Assembly (NCBI GenBank): GCA_964528155.1
Contig: CAZGRL010000007.1
Location: 8,613 to 72,612, forward strand
Source: an uncultured Anaerolineaceae bacterium
Lineage (GTDB): Bacteria; Chloroflexota; Anaerolineae; Anaerolineales; E44-bin32
Direction of reading: 5' to 3'
Length of the DNA: 64,000 nt
Shown: piece by piece, positions 18,901-27,254 of the stretch
Position numbering within the stretch: the first letter of the stretch is position 1
Layout of the letters: each line of letters opens with the position of its first letter
Position numbers and translations under genes: made by a program
Notes under the pieces: model-generated
Told to the model about the DNA's origin: nothing
The model's database searches: none
The model's input: only the letters and a program-made list of their open reading frames with translations

Positions 18901-19469
18901 ATCAGGCGTGCTGTATTCTCGCCGAGGAGCGTTTCGCCCGGGTTGGCGGCGCTTTGCAGCCGGGCCGCCAGGTTGATCGGATCGCCCATGGCGGTGTATT
19001 CGGTCAGCGCTTCACCCCCAACGTCGCCCATCACGACGCGCCCGGTGTTGATCCCGATGCGCAGTTGGAGCGGCATTCGAATCTCGGCGGAATACTCACC
19101 GATCAATTCGTGCGTCCGCAACGCGGCCAACGCCGCCCTCTCGGCGTCGTCCTCATGGCCGATCGGCGCCCCAAAGAATGCCAGAAGACCATCGCCCATG
19201 AGTCTGGAAACGTTGCCGCCGTACTCGTCGACCCCTTTGCTCATCCGTTTCAGGCAACGGTCGAGCACGCCTTGAACCATCTCGGCTCCCATCCGCTGAC
19301 CGAGCTCGCTCGACCCGACAACATCGGCGAACAAGATGGTCACCAGGCGGAACTCGCCCGCCCGCTCGGCTGAATCTGCATCCGTGCCGGCCGCGGCGAG
19401 CTGGGTACCACAGGCGTTGCAGAACCGCGCCCCCTCCGGATTCTCAGAATGACACTTTGGACATTTCAC
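15984..19469 (-). CDS. Zn-ribbon / class III nucleotide cyclase / STAND-type AAA ATPase / TPR multidomain protein
   Basis: Start GTG 19469: KCPKCHSENPEGARFCNACG; VTILFADVVGS, MGDGLLAFFG, GDPINLAARLQ; Walker A GEPGIGKT, Walker B LVFDDLHWAD; TPR-like helical C-terminus. Confidence 0.92.
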   Translation of the reverse strand: MKCPKCHSENPEGARFCNACGTQLAAAGTDADSAERAGEFRLVTILFADVVGSSELGQRMGAEMVQGVLDRCLKRMSKGVDEYGGNVSRLMGDGLLAFFGAPIGHEDDAERAALAALRTHELIGEYSAEIRMPLQLRIGINTGRVVMGDVGGEALTEYTAMGDPINLAARLQSAANPGETLLGENTARLIRHRFELEDREKLAVKGFEGEVTSFLLLAERSLPESERGISGLPSPLIGRQTERAKLGELVQGLAAGRGAIAGILGEPGIGKTRLLQQVIEDSQDHDVRWAEGRAYSYAEDRPYGVILNLLGELLHLAPDDTPALLDLKLERGLVPLLGDTADEIWPYLAVLLGAPVPSAATATLEGLDASTLNQRIASAVCRTVEAHAEKQPLCLVFDDLHWADLSSLNLIQTLLLSTETAPLLLFLLFRPERDKPCWKLKVKAESDFPHRYVELTLGPLDGASSEAMIDSLLEVAALPEPVRDRICDISEGNPFFLEELIRDLIEEGQLVKGDSGWTVGQSEAHLHVPDTLEKVVQARLDRLKRDERLTLQVASVIGRQFAFKVLEEISQLHAELRDCILGLQRADLVRERARIPELEYAFKNVLVQQVTYATLLAAQRKDFHRRTGETLERLFADRLEELYPMLAYHFREAGDERAARYSTLAGDAAMKLYANAEAIAQYTQALEILDKDKAPAEDVLHLYLSRGRAFELSGQHHDALNNYEELKSLALRRKERMLELAALIAKGTVYSTPNSAADAAKGKMLSEKALELARGMDDRPAEAKILWNMMLAEKFGGHPEEGIPFGEQSLAIAREEGLKEQAAFTLNDLAIHGYVGADRTEDAVRVLGEAQHLWRELGNQPMLADSYGSMAVMHFFRGKFDQVIEAARESRKISDVIGNTWGRSYSRWVEGEVYAERGDYALAIETMEECIRLGDQAGFTGASMGTRGLLGVRYVELGAFDRAREVSQAALEYAVENLQAWRSWPLAVMSFASLRGGDVEAATARLDEAKNYPHDTSLFFIEFIVSLTEAELAIAKEHPEDALKVVEGFLDRVGGRGQEIHIPDFYELRGRAFIQQGQWERASQALMEARARAQALGSRRLEWRTEAGLGWVETKLGHAESAQKHYAIAGQIVEFIAEHIGSAELRRSFLDLPEVRVLSKA

Positions 19470-19972
19470 TCTTTCGATCCTCGCGTGCCAAGCAGGCAGA
19501 TGCCAACATACCACCCACGTCGAACAAGGCTCCACCCCTCAGCGAAGTTTTCAGGTTGGACGAGTTACGAGAGCGTCCGGGCCATCGCCTCACCAGCGAG
19601 GCCGATGTGACAAGTATACGCGATTCGCTGACGGCTGTCCTTCTTGTACGCCGGGCATGTACGCGCTCGACCCAGGAAGGAATGCTTTTGAACCCGAACG
19701 GTGCCTCGCACTCGCGTCATCACGGGGATTCCCTGGCGCCTGCAGGGTGCCTCGGCCAGCCGTGTCATTACGCCTGCCCACCTGTGCCTGCGCCCAGGTG
19801 CAGGCAGGCCGAACGCCAGGGAGCGGGCTCCGTGGCTGAGCGGGCATCCAGGAGGAACATCTAGCCGGCGGGTCGATCCTGATCGCGACACCCGGGGACG
19901 TTGCGTCCCTCCCCGATCCCGGGTATCCTTGATCGTCGCCGACCCTCAGGCCCACATGCTCACAGGAAACCG

Positions 19973-20617
19973 ATGTATATCGCAATCGAGGGGGTGATCG
20001 GGGTCGGGAAGACATCCCTGGCCCGTCTGCTTCAACCTGTGTTCGACGCCCGATTGTTGCTCGAGGCCTTCGAAGAGAACCCATTCCTCTCGGACTTCTA
20101 CAGCGACCGCACTCGCTTCGCATTCCAGACCCAGATCTTCTTCCTCTTGAGTCGCTATCGCCAACAGCGCGATCTGGTGCCTCAAGCCTCCGCTGGGAGC
20201 AACCTGATCGCCGACTACACCTTCGAGAAGGATTCACTTTTCGCTCGCTTGAATCTGGAAGGTGACGAGCTCGACACGTACATGCTCGTTCATGAGGCGC
20301 TGGCAGAGCGGATTGAGCGCCCGGACCTGGTCGTCTATCTCCGGGTGAGCACCGATATCGCCATGCAGCGCATCCAGATGCGCGATCGCCCCTTCGAGAG
20401 GCGGATGGAGCGGGATTACATCGATCGCCTCAACGCGGCCTATGAGTCATTCTTCATGAGCGCGCCCAGCAGCCGGGTGCTCACGATCGAGACCGACTCA
20501 TTGGATTTCGTGATTCACCCCAGCCACCTCAAGCAGATCACCAATCGCATCCGGGCCGCGCTGGGGATCCCGCCCTTCCAACCCGAGCTTCCGCTGATGG
20601 GAGACATGCCCCGGTGA
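19973..20617 (+). CDS. Deoxynucleoside kinase, copy 1
   Basis: MYIAIEGVIGVGKTSLA, ENPFLSDFY, FQTQIFFLLSRY, PDLVVYL, RDRPFE. Confidence 0.92.
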   Translation: MYIAIEGVIGVGKTSLARLLQPVFDARLLLEAFEENPFLSDFYSDRTRFAFQTQIFFLLSRYRQQRDLVPQASAGSNLIADYTFEKDSLFARLNLEGDELDTYMLVHEALAERIERPDLVVYLRVSTDIAMQRIQMRDRPFERRMERDYIDRLNAAYESFFMSAPSSRVLTIETDSLDFVIHPSHLKQITNRIRAALGIPPFQPELPLMGDMPR

Positions 20618-21612
20618 GGATCACCCGCCGAAAGCTGATCGATCTGGCTCATCGAGAAGCCCAACGGCGGGCAGACGAAGAAGACATCGTCTCAGCCTAC
20701 CTGATTGGTTCTGTTGCGAGGGGCGAGCCCCTCCTGGGAGGTACGGCTGACATCGACCTGGTCTTGATCCATGAAGATCCACCTCCGGCCGCTCGAGAAG
20801 TCGTCCCACTCTCACAAGATATCCATCTGGACATCGCCCACCACGATCGCGCCCTGTATAGCGAGCCGCGCACTTTGCGGACCTCGCCCTGGTTGGGACC
20901 GATGTTGTACGACCCCCTGTTCATCCTCGATCCGGATCATTTCCTCGAGTGGGCTCAGGCCTCCGCCCGCAGCCAGTTCAATCGAGCGGACTACCGCGTC
21001 GCTCGGGCGAGCGCTCTTCTGGGGCACGCTCGAGCTCGCCTCGACCACCTGAACGATAGGCACTCGCCCGCGTGGATGACTGCCTTCACACAAACAGTCT
21101 CCGACGGTGCCAACGCCGTCGCCCTGCTCGCCGGTCCCCCAGCCGCCGGGCGTCGTCTCGCTTTGACCCTCAAGCAGCGCACGGCCGAGGCGGACCAACC
21201 TGAGGTCTTTGAGTCATTCCTCCGACTGATAGGCCTCGAGTCGGCCGACGGGAGTGACCTCCCCGACAGAATCTCCGCCTGGGCTCGAGCGTTCGAGCTA
21301 GCCTCGCCCGATTCAACTGATCCTCGTCTGGCGAGTTGCCGGTTGCGCTACTACCTTGCCGGCTTCGAGGCTCTCAACCAGGCCGGCTGGCCACAGGCGG
21401 TCGAATGGGGCCTGTTGTCGACCTGGCAGATCGCCGCCGGAGCGTTTGATCTCATGCCAAACGCCGATGGAGCACGTTCGGCCTGGGAGGATTTCCTCCA
21501 GCACCTTGATCTGGGCGAATCCGCGGCCGAGCGCCGGGCTCGCGAAGCTGAAAGATTCCTGGATCGTGTCGAGGAGATACTCGACGTGTGGGCGGGCGAA
21601 CATGGGGCTTGA
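20614..21612 (+). CDS. Uncharacterised Pol-beta-superfamily nucleotidyltransferase-like protein
   Basis: AYLIGSVARGEPLLGGTADIDLVLIH matches hG[S]...DxD; helical C-terminal half; overlaps both neighbours. Confidence 0.65.
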   Translation: MRITRRKLIDLAHREAQRRADEEDIVSAYLIGSVARGEPLLGGTADIDLVLIHEDPPPAAREVVPLSQDIHLDIAHHDRALYSEPRTLRTSPWLGPMLYDPLFILDPDHFLEWAQASARSQFNRADYRVARASALLGHARARLDHLNDRHSPAWMTAFTQTVSDGANAVALLAGPPAAGRRLALTLKQRTAEADQPEVFESFLRLIGLESADGSDLPDRISAWARAFELASPDSTDPRLASCRLRYYLAGFEALNQAGWPQAVEWGLLSTWQIAAGAFDLMPNADGARSAWEDFLQHLDLGESAAERRAREAERFLDRVEEILDVWAGEHGA

Positions 21613-22285
21613 TGCATTCTCACAGGCGAGCACGACGAAACATTTCATCACGGTGGCCGGCAACATCGGCGTCGGCAAGTCCACCCTCGTTGGACTGCTG
21701 GCATCTCGATTGGGTTGGAAACCCTTCTTCGAGACAGTCGGCGAGAACCCCTATCTGGCCGATTTCTATCGGGACATGCGCGCCCATGCGTTCCAGTCTC
21801 AAGTATTCTTCCTTGTCCGCCGGCTGCGCATCCACCGCGAGCTTGTTCAGCACCCGGCCTCGGCCATTCAGGATCGCAGCATCTACGAAGACGCCGAGGT
21901 GTTCGCCCGTAATCTCTACTTGCAGCAGATGATGGAGGAGCGAGACTACGCCACATACCAGGAGCTGTATCAATCCATCAGCCAAGCACTGCCTCCGCCT
22001 GATCTCGTCGTGTACTTGCGCGCCTCGGTTTCGACCGTGCAGACACGGATCGCCCGCCGCGCCCGGCCATTCGAACGAGATATTCCTCCAGATTATCTGG
22101 CCCGCCTCAACGAACTCTATGAGTCCTGGATCGCTCGCTTCACACTGTGTCCCGTGCTGTCGGTTCCGGCGGACGATCTCGACTTCGTCGCCCATGATAA
22201 CCACCTGGAGTTAATCGTCCGCAAGATCCACGAGAAACTCGCCGGGAAGGAGGAGGTCCTTTTCAATGCCGACGAAGTCTCTTGA
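21602..22285 (+). CDS. Deoxynucleoside kinase, copy 2
   Basis: FITVAGNIGVGKST, ENPYLADFY, QDRSIYEDAEVFA, PPDLVVYLRAS, RARPFE; start reassigned to ATG 21602. Confidence 0.92.
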   Translation: MGLDAFSQASTTKHFITVAGNIGVGKSTLVGLLASRLGWKPFFETVGENPYLADFYRDMRAHAFQSQVFFLVRRLRIHRELVQHPASAIQDRSIYEDAEVFARNLYLQQMMEERDYATYQELYQSISQALPPPDLVVYLRASVSTVQTRIARRARPFERDIPPDYLARLNELYESWIARFTLCPVLSVPADDLDFVAHDNHLELIVRKIHEKLAGKEEVLFNADEVS

Positions 22286-22443
22286 CCCTTCGGCTCGGCC
22301 TCCCTGCAGTGTGCGCCTGCTGTTTGCATCTCGACGTGCCCTACCCAAGATTTCGAAACGCTGTGCCAAAGGAATCTCCGCGCTTCCTATTGCCCACTCG
22401 ATATCGCGATTGTCGCAATGTTGATCCCTTCGATCGCTCCCGC

Positions 22444-22472
22444 TTGATTAGCATTCCTAAATCCGGTAGAAT
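22444..22472 (+). promoter_or_regulatory. sigma70-type promoter of spoVS
   Basis: TTGATT, 17 nt, TAGAAT. Confidence 0.65.
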
Positions 22473-22529
22473 CGCACCGAATTCGCTCTGACGAATTCCC
22501 GTTGCACTTCCGCCAAAGGAGGGGGCCTG

Positions 22530-22790
22530 ATGGACACCATCAAGGTCTCTGCGGGTTCGCGCACTTCTGCCGTCGCCGGAGCCATCGCGGGGGTTATCCG
22601 GGAGCACAAACGCGCCGATGTCCAGGCCATCGGCGCTGGCGCGGTCAATCAGGCCATCAAGGCTATCGCCATCGCACGTGGTTATCTGAACGAGGACGGC
22701 ATCGACGTCGTTTGCATCCCTGAGTTCACGGCTGTGGATATCGACGGGAAGGAGCGAACGGCCGTCCGACTTGTCGTCGAACCACGCTGA
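22530..22790 (+). CDS. spoVS: SpoVS family protein (Alba-like)
   Basis: KVSAGSRTSAVAGAIAG, QAIGAGAVNQAIKAIAIARGYL, CIPEF, ERTAVRL; AAGGAGG Shine-Dalgarno. Confidence 0.95.
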   Translation: MDTIKVSAGSRTSAVAGAIAGVIREHKRADVQAIGAGAVNQAIKAIAIARGYLNEDGIDVVCIPEFTAVDIDGKERTAVRLVVEPR

Positions 22791-22835
22791 ACGCACCTCA
22801 GGCGGATGGGGGCTATGCCGCACGGCGGGGTCCTA

Positions 22836-22878
22836 TGGATCAAGAAGCCGCACAGTCGTTGTGCGGCTTCTTGATCCA
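22836..22878. terminator. Probable bidirectional intrinsic terminator
   Basis: Perfect 18-bp stem tggatcaagaagccgcac / gtgcggcttcttgatcca between convergent spoVS and holB. Confidence 0.65.
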
Positions 22879-22932
22879 GTCAGCTGGCCCGCCTCGGCCT
22901 GACCCAGGCCGGGACACATCATGCCCCCTGAG

Positions 22933-23946
22933 TCACTCCCCGGAGGCCAGTTTCGGGAAGTCGAGCATCAACGCCTCGAAGGCCAGCCTCAAATTCGCGT
23001 TGCGGCTAATACCTTCAAGCGTGTACTGAGTCGCCTCCACCGCCGAGACAACTTGATCCGGCTGAAGCGACCCTGCAATCTTCTCGATCAGCCCATCTTG
23101 TTCGGCGTTGCCACTTGCTTGATCCGCCCCGTAGCTGCGATGCATGACATGCCGCCAGAGAGCCAGCCATGTGTCGAGTACCTCGAGCCCTCTTTCACGC
23201 CGGTCGCCAGCCTCGCCACGCTGCGAGAGCTTCTCGACGTAGCGAAACCGCTCAACCAGTGAGGCCTGCAGCAGCGAACGTAGATCGTCTCCGAGCTGCC
23301 TGCGCCGCGTCAGCGCCCGATCATCGCTCGCGAGCTGGATCGCCCTCCCGGGACGGCCTCCTGACAGTGCTGCCGCCAGGGCTGCTCTCTCTGGCTCCAC
23401 ACCGCGTGCCTTTAGCCCTTCGGTGATCTCAACTGTGGGGACCGTCCGTAAGGCGATCATCTCGCAGCGTGACACAATTGTGGGGAGCAGGCTCTCCGGA
23501 GCTCGGGCGGTCACGATCAGTACGGCCTGAGATGCGGGCTCTTCGAGGGTCTTCAGCAAGGCATTCGCGGCGCTGGCATTGGCCTCATGAAACCGAAGCA
23601 TGAGCGCGATCCTCCACCGACCCTCAAACGGAGCCAGCGCCAACCTGCGTTGCAGTTCCCGGATCTGCTCAACTTTGAGCACGCCGCCGACGTGATCGGC
23701 TTCGATTCGATGGAGATCCGGGTAGGTTCCTTCAGCGATGAGGCGACAGGCCCGACACTCGCCGCAACTCTCTCCCGCCGCCGGAGGGTTCAGGCAGCTC
23801 ATAGCTGAGGCCAGGCCGATCGCCAGCGTACGCTTGCCTACACCATCAGGCCCACAAATGAGGTAAGCCTGGCGTGTCCTGCTCTGCGAGAGATGGCGGC
23901 GGAAGAGCTCGACGGCCCACTGGTGTCCGATCAGGTCCCAGGTCAT
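22933..23946 (-). CDS. holB: DNA polymerase III subunit delta'
   Basis: LIGHQWAV, AYLICGPDGVGK, CGECRAC, YPDLH, KVEQIR, AANALLKTLEEP, LLPTIVSRC; TAGAAT 6 nt before the ATG. Confidence 0.93.
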   Translation of the reverse strand: MTWDLIGHQWAVELFRRHLSQSRTRQAYLICGPDGVGKRTLAIGLASAMSCLNPPAAGESCGECRACRLIAEGTYPDLHRIEADHVGGVLKVEQIRELQRRLALAPFEGRWRIALMLRFHEANASAANALLKTLEEPASQAVLIVTARAPESLLPTIVSRCEMIALRTVPTVEITEGLKARGVEPERAALAAALSGGRPGRAIQLASDDRALTRRRQLGDDLRSLLQASLVERFRYVEKLSQRGEAGDRRERGLEVLDTWLALWRHVMHRSYGADQASGNAEQDGLIEKIAGSLQPDQVVSAVEATQYTLEGISRNANLRLAFEALMLDFPKLASGE

Positions 23947-24036
23947 GCCACGATTCTAGCCCACCATAGATCGATCCACCAACCTTGCCGGAAAGGAGGG
24001 CCCGCTCCATTTCGGGGGGCGCGTCCTCGTTCTAGA

Positions 24037-24089
24037 GGGAAAATGTGTGTTGGACGGCGGCACAGCCGCCGTCCAACTCACATTCTCCC
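24037..24089. repeat. Long intergenic palindrome, about 25-bp stem with 2 mismatches
   Basis: gggaaaatgtgtgttggacggcggc-aca-gccgccgtccaactcacattctccc between divergent genes. Confidence 0.88.
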
Positions 24090-24129
24090 CTATTCCTCGC
24101 GAGGCACTTGCGCACAACTCTGCTGAGTC

Positions 24130-24159
24130 TTGACGGAATCTACCTGGACCTGTAGATTC
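24130..24159 (+). promoter_or_regulatory. Promoter with an overlapping palindromic operator candidate
   Basis: TTGACG (24130-35), 17 nt, TAGATT (24153-58); GAATCTAC-N8-GTAGATTC at 24136-24159. Confidence 0.6.
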
Positions 24160-24183
24160 ACCCATGTTCGACAGGAGACCCAA

Positions 24184-24801
24184 TTGAGCGAAGGTACGAA
24201 AGATTGGCTGGGGCTCAGCGCGGCCGCACAGATGTTGGGGATTCACCCTTCGACGTTACGGGCATGGGCGGACAAAGGTGAAGTTCCTTCTCACCGGACA
24301 GCCGGTGGTCATCGACGATTCAAACGGGCTGAGCTCGAGGTGTGGGTGGCGGCGCGGCGAACCTCTCAGCCGAGCGAGGTCCAGGTTGTCGTCCAGAACG
24401 CCATCGGCCGCACCCGCCTTGAACTGGCGGACGGGCGATTGCGCCAGGAAGGCTGGTACCAGAAGCTGAACGAGGAGCAACGGAGGCGCTACCGCGATGG
24501 GTCGCGCCGGCTGATGCGGGAACTGATCCGCTCTTCCCAGCTCGAGCCCGCACAGACCGAGCCCGAGGCCCACGTCCTCGGCAGCGAATACGCCCGGATC
24601 GGTCGGCAGGCCGGACTGAGCTTAAAGGAGGCGGTTGCGGCCTATCTCTTCTTCCGTGAGTTCCTCTTCGAAAGCATATTCAACGTCTACGAGACCGCCG
24701 GCGTGCGTTCGTCGACGACCTGGGGCGAAACTCGGCGGAAAGTTTCTGGATTCACGAATCAGGTCCTCATGGCGTTGATCGAAGCGTACAGTCGGGAGTG
24801 A
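24184..24801 (+). CDS. MerR/excisionase-like HTH protein with C-terminal all-helical (globin/RsbRD-N-like) domain
   Basis: WLGLSAAAQMLGIHPSTLRAWADKGEVPSHRTAGGHRRF; TTG start with AGGAG Shine-Dalgarno. Confidence 0.8.
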   Translation: MSEGTKDWLGLSAAAQMLGIHPSTLRAWADKGEVPSHRTAGGHRRFKRAELEVWVAARRTSQPSEVQVVVQNAIGRTRLELADGRLRQEGWYQKLNEEQRRRYRDGSRRLMRELIRSSQLEPAQTEPEAHVLGSEYARIGRQAGLSLKEAVAAYLFFREFLFESIFNVYETAGVRSSTTWGETRRKVSGFTNQVLMALIEAYSRE

Positions 24802-24865
24802 TCCCAACACCCCCCAGGCGCTCGGTTGCGGGCTCAGGGTATAATCCCGGCGGTCCACGCTCGAG

Positions 24866-25396
24866 GTGAGGGTGCCGAATCTACTCGACAGCCTGCTTTC
24901 AACGCCAGCCTTATCCCGTATCCGGCGCAACCACGGCCTGGAGCACGGCACAATCCATGTGCTGAGCCGACGCTACCCGGGGACGTCGCTCATCGGTCGT
25001 TCGGATGCCCGGGGGTTCTTCCTTTATTCGTCCCTTCCGATCGAACCAGTCCACGAAGCGGTGAGCGAAGCTCTCGATAGGATGCGCGCCGGCGAGCACC
25101 GTCTGGCGATCCACCCCAACTGTGGGACGAACTTCCTGACCGCCGGCCTTCTTGCAACCGTCGCCTCGTACATCTCGCTTTACGGAGGACGGGACGAGCG
25201 CTGGCAGGACCGCCTGATGCGGATCCCGTTCGCCATCGTGGTCACCTCGATCGCCTTGATCCTTGCCCAGCCTCTGGGTAACGCAGCCCAACAGCACCTG
25301 ACCACGCAGGGCGATCCCGAAGGTCTACAGGTGGATGCCATCATTCCCCTGCATCGCGGGCGCAACCGCGTCTATCGGGTGCTGACATCCGGTTGA
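24866..25396 (+). CDS. Conserved hypothetical membrane protein (DUF6391-like, HxxEH motif)
   Basis: RIRRNHGLEHGTIHVL, LAIHPNCGTN, two hydrophobic segments; TATAAT at 24840. Confidence 0.65.
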   Translation: MRVPNLLDSLLSTPALSRIRRNHGLEHGTIHVLSRRYPGTSLIGRSDARGFFLYSSLPIEPVHEAVSEALDRMRAGEHRLAIHPNCGTNFLTAGLLATVASYISLYGGRDERWQDRLMRIPFAIVVTSIALILAQPLGNAAQQHLTTQGDPEGLQVDAIIPLHRGRNRVYRVLTSG

Positions 25397-25397
25397 G

Positions 25398-26384
25398 ATG
25401 AGCTCTACGGCGCCGACCGTCTACCTGTTCTACGGCGACGATGAACTCTCGCGGGCCGAGTTCATTGATCGTTTGAAGGACAAGCTGGGCGACCGAAGCG
25501 TGGCCGAGCTCAACATCTATCACTCCAGACCGGATCAGAATGACCTCGACCAGATCGAGCAAGCTTGCGCCTCTGTCCCTTTCCTTGCCCCGAGACGTCT
25601 GGTCATCGTCGAAGACCCATCACGTTTCTTGACCGACGATCCTCCGCAGCGGTTCTACCGCTTGCTCGACTCGCTTCCGACGACGACAGCCCTTGTGCTC
25701 AGCCAGACACTCGATCTCAGCCGTGCGAAGGGGGAGAGCTACGACGAGATCAAGCCCTTGCTTTCCTGGGCGGAAGCGCACCCCGAAGCTGTGATGACAC
25801 GTCAATTCGCCATCCCGCGTGGGCCTGACTTCGCTCGCTGGGTTCGTGAACGCGCGGCTTCCGGCGGAGGTGAGATCAAGCCAGACGCCGCCCAACTGCT
25901 GGCGGAGCATGTCCTGGGGGATCCATTCCTGGCCGATACCGAGCTGGCCAAACTTATGGATTACGTGGATCGGAAGCGGCCGATCGAGATACAGGATGTG
26001 GAGCGTCTGACACCGTTACACGGTCAGAGTGATGTTTTCGCAACCGTGGACGCCATCGGGGAAAGGGACGGCCGGGGGGCGCTCGCCGGTCTCCACCGGT
26101 TGCTGGAGAACGACGACCCGCGCTACGCCTTCCACATGATCGTCCGCCAGTTCCGTCTGCTAGTGCTGGCGCGCCAGGCACTCGACCTGGGGCTCGACCC
26201 ACAGGCGGCATTACGTGTGCACCCGTTCGTCGCCTCAAAGGTTGCCGCCCAGGCCCGCAGATTCGGGATGCCCCTCCTGCAGCGTGTGTATCACCGGCTG
26301 TTGGAGATCGACATTGGCTCAAAAACGGGCGAGGCCGACCTTGAGGTCGCCCTCGAGGAACTCGTGACAACGGTCTCTCGCTAA
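25398..26384 (+). CDS. holA: DNA polymerase III subunit delta
   Basis: VYLFYGDD, PFLAPRRLVIV, ELAKLMDY, VFATVDAI, QFRLL, HPFVASK, IDIGSKTG. Confidence 0.9.
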   Translation: MSSTAPTVYLFYGDDELSRAEFIDRLKDKLGDRSVAELNIYHSRPDQNDLDQIEQACASVPFLAPRRLVIVEDPSRFLTDDPPQRFYRLLDSLPTTTALVLSQTLDLSRAKGESYDEIKPLLSWAEAHPEAVMTRQFAIPRGPDFARWVRERAASGGGEIKPDAAQLLAEHVLGDPFLADTELAKLMDYVDRKRPIEIQDVERLTPLHGQSDVFATVDAIGERDGRGALAGLHRLLENDDPRYAFHMIVRQFRLLVLARQALDLGLDPQAALRVHPFVASKVAAQARRFGMPLLQRVYHRLLEIDIGSKTGEADLEVALEELVTTVSR

Positions 26385-26540
26385 GCCGCCTCAAGCATAC
26401 GATCCCCGCGTCTCATCGGACGCAAGTCGACCGGCAAGCACGCCTCTCAGAGCTATGGAGTGCTCGCCTGCATGCTGTGTCTCACCCCCACCCCCTGTTT
26501 CCCCCTCCCCCTGGCCCCCGCAACGAGGTGAGGCCAGAGT

Positions 26541-26592
26541 TGGGCGGAATGCATGGATGGGCGCGGTTGCGCCCATCCATGCATTCCGCCCA
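26541..26592. repeat. Long intergenic palindrome, perfect 24-bp stem, preceded by a C-rich tract (26485-26519)
   Basis: tgggcggaatgcatggatgggcgc-ggtt-gcgcccatccatgcattccgccca. Confidence 0.9.
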
Positions 26593-26696
26593 TAACCACC
26601 GCGGTCTAGGGTATGCGTTTTGCCTGAGTACAACGTGGCGGAGAGGGAGACAAACCATATGGGGGCTCGCCAGACCCCGCCGACTTTCCCTCGCCT

Positions 26697-26957
26697 CTAG
26701 TCCATCGCCGGGGCGGTATCCAGACTTTCAGGGTCACGCACGCCTAGCCACAAGTGGTCAGGCAGAACAGAGTTGCTGGTCCGCAGTTCCACGTCTGTGC
26801 TCCCCCGATACACTTCTTCACCCAGCGTGGACGGATGCACGATGCACAGGTTTGGTCTGCGGCCATACTTGCCGCGATAATAGGCGACGGCCCGGTCCAC
26901 ACGTTCGTCGATGGCCGTCCGGCGATCATCGTCCAACCACAGCATGCCGACTCTCAT
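26697..26957 (-). CDS. Small hypothetical protein, third gene of the LexA-box operon
   Basis: MRVGMLWLDDDRRTAIDERVDRAVAYYRGKYGRRPNLCIVHP; AGGAGG Shine-Dalgarno; globular composition. Confidence 0.75.
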   Translation of the reverse strand: MRVGMLWLDDDRRTAIDERVDRAVAYYRGKYGRRPNLCIVHPSTLGEEVYRGSTDVELRTSNSVLPDHLWLGVRDPESLDTAPAMD

Positions 26958-27228
26958 TCCAGCCTCCTGAGCTGTCGAGCACTCGCTCTATCGTCCAGAT
27001 CTCGCGCCCCGGCTCTTGTGAGAGCCAGCAACGCAGCCCGCTGGCGGTCCGCAGGCGCATCCGAATACCTCGGGGGACACCCTCGCCCGCGTTTGCATCA
27101 ACCCAGCGAAAGACTTCCACACTTCGGATGCGATGCCGGCGACCACGCCAGGTGAATTCCGAGGGCCACCTCGCTCCTCCGCCGCGAACAACTCTGATTG
27201 GTTCACCCGTGATGAGTCCGTTCATCAT
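26926..27228 (-). CDS. Small DUF6504-like protein, second gene of the LexA-box operon
   Basis: EPIRVV...WPSEFTWRGRRHRIRSVE...W...LRTASG...W resembles the recalled DUF6504 pattern; start ATG 27228 or 27225. Confidence 0.55.
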   Translation of the reverse strand: MMNGLITGEPIRVVRGGGARWPSEFTWRGRRHRIRSVEVFRWVDANAGEGVPRGIRMRLRTASGLRCWLSQEPGREIWTIERVLDSSGGWNESRHAVVGR

Positions 27229-27254
27229 GCCGGCTGAGAGGTGCAGCCGCGCCT

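Noticed and set aside
19805-19822. GCCGAACGCCAGGG as the 3' end of a ZMP/ZTP riboswitch
   Set aside because: The CCUGGG motif is altered, the 5' conserved elements are missing, and the segment simply pairs with 19730-19738
22530-22790. spoVS as evidence of sporulation
   Set aside because: SpoVS homologues are widespread in non-sporulating bacteria; no other spo genes are here
24164-24187. Leaderless 7-codon uORF MFDRRPN overlapping the HTH gene start
   Set aside because: Too short to distinguish from chance; the main gene has its own Shine-Dalgarno
26988-27206. 72-aa ORF in the LexA-box operon
   Set aside because: Overlaps the better-looking DUF6504-like frame and has a low-complexity, non-globular composition
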